DNA of 63,883 nucleotides, filler included, from Octopus bimaculoides (Eukaryota), in assembly GCF_001194135.2 (NCBI RefSeq). It is 4 parts of 4 records of this genome, joined end to end, with 100 filler letters (N's around TTAATTAATTAA, not from the genome) between each part and the next. Parts side by side here need not be neighbours in the genome. Positions count along the whole stretch, not along the records: positions 60,825 to 63,883 come from NW_026338140.1; 3 more parts are not named here. One strand, 5' to 3'. Every line of letters begins with the position of its first letter. The first letter of the stretch is position 1. The position numbers were made by a program, and so were the translations under genes. Shown here in pieces: positions 63,202-63,883 of the stretch. The notes below the pieces were generated by a model. That model had not been told where the DNA came from, searched no databases, and saw only the letters and a program-made list of their open reading frames with translations.

Positions 63202-63883
63202 GCTACTGATGAGCAATGCCAGTTCAAGATAAACGCTGCAAACATGGAAGTTCTGTCAGAGTGGACTGTCAGAGATGCAGGTTGATGTCCAGCATGCTGG
63301 AAGACCACTGGGAATGAGGCACCCCTTAGTGTTTGTTAAAGCATGGCTCTAGGAGAAGGTCACTCTGATATATAACCAGATATGTAGGGAATGGCATTGA
63401 ACATTTTGGGGATCTTTTGCTTGTGCTTCAAATCATGGTACTCCCACATTCCTGAGCTTGTGACCAATATTGGCACGGGATATCTTGCCCTGACTTGTTT
63501 CTGGATCATGTCAGTAAAGTGGAGAAAGTCTGTGAGGTGCTGTGCAAGCCTCGTTGGACCTAAAATTTTAGGTTGTGCAATCACCAGCAAGGTAACTATC
63601 CAATGCTCATTTGAGTAGGAGGGTGCTGCAGCAAGCATGTAAGCCATGGATGTAAGCCCAGGTGAAGCCAACTCCTGATGTAATAACCACATGCATGGGC
63701 AATGGTCAGTGATGATCTTCCTCGGTTATGAGTCAAGAACCATCATCATATATATATATATATATATATTATCATTATCTTATGATATTTACTTTGTATT
63801 ATTTTATGCTTATTTACTTATTAATTTTTCTATAATGTGACTGGATTTTCATCGATGAGTTCATGAAACTTAGTTCTTTTCCC

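Overview
AT-rich, microsatellite- and gap-rich animal genomic DNA. The repeat families look like those of an octopod cephalopod (inference). No prokaryotic features, CRISPR arrays, rRNA or intact tRNA genes were seen. Most ORFs in the supplied track are microsatellite or N-run artefacts. One real host gene, mostly missed by the track, can be spliced together on the minus strand from six GT-AG exons (28556 to 10794). They encode the juxtamembrane region, transmembrane helix and ~140-aa tail of a CDHR2/CDH23/Cad87A-type cadherin-related protein, with PGTN...NPLY motifs and a C-terminal PDZ-type motif ATEV. The rest is decayed mobile DNA: mariner and maT-like DNA transposons, MITEs, RTE, CR1, Tx1-like and R4/Dong-like LINEs, tRNA-derived SINEs and many Penelope-like (PLE) fragments. 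The main observations are: (1) minimal hammerhead ribozymes, one in sense orientation in the cadherin's last intron and one downstream of a tRNA-like Pol III promoter in an inverted PLE repeat; (2) a ~615-bp element found three times in the same polarity inside (TAA)n; (3) a CpG-retaining block at ~41-54 kb. Three TTAATTAATTAA linkers inside 100-bp gaps are artificial joins, so contiguity across them is uncertain. TE boundaries are read by eye and approximate.
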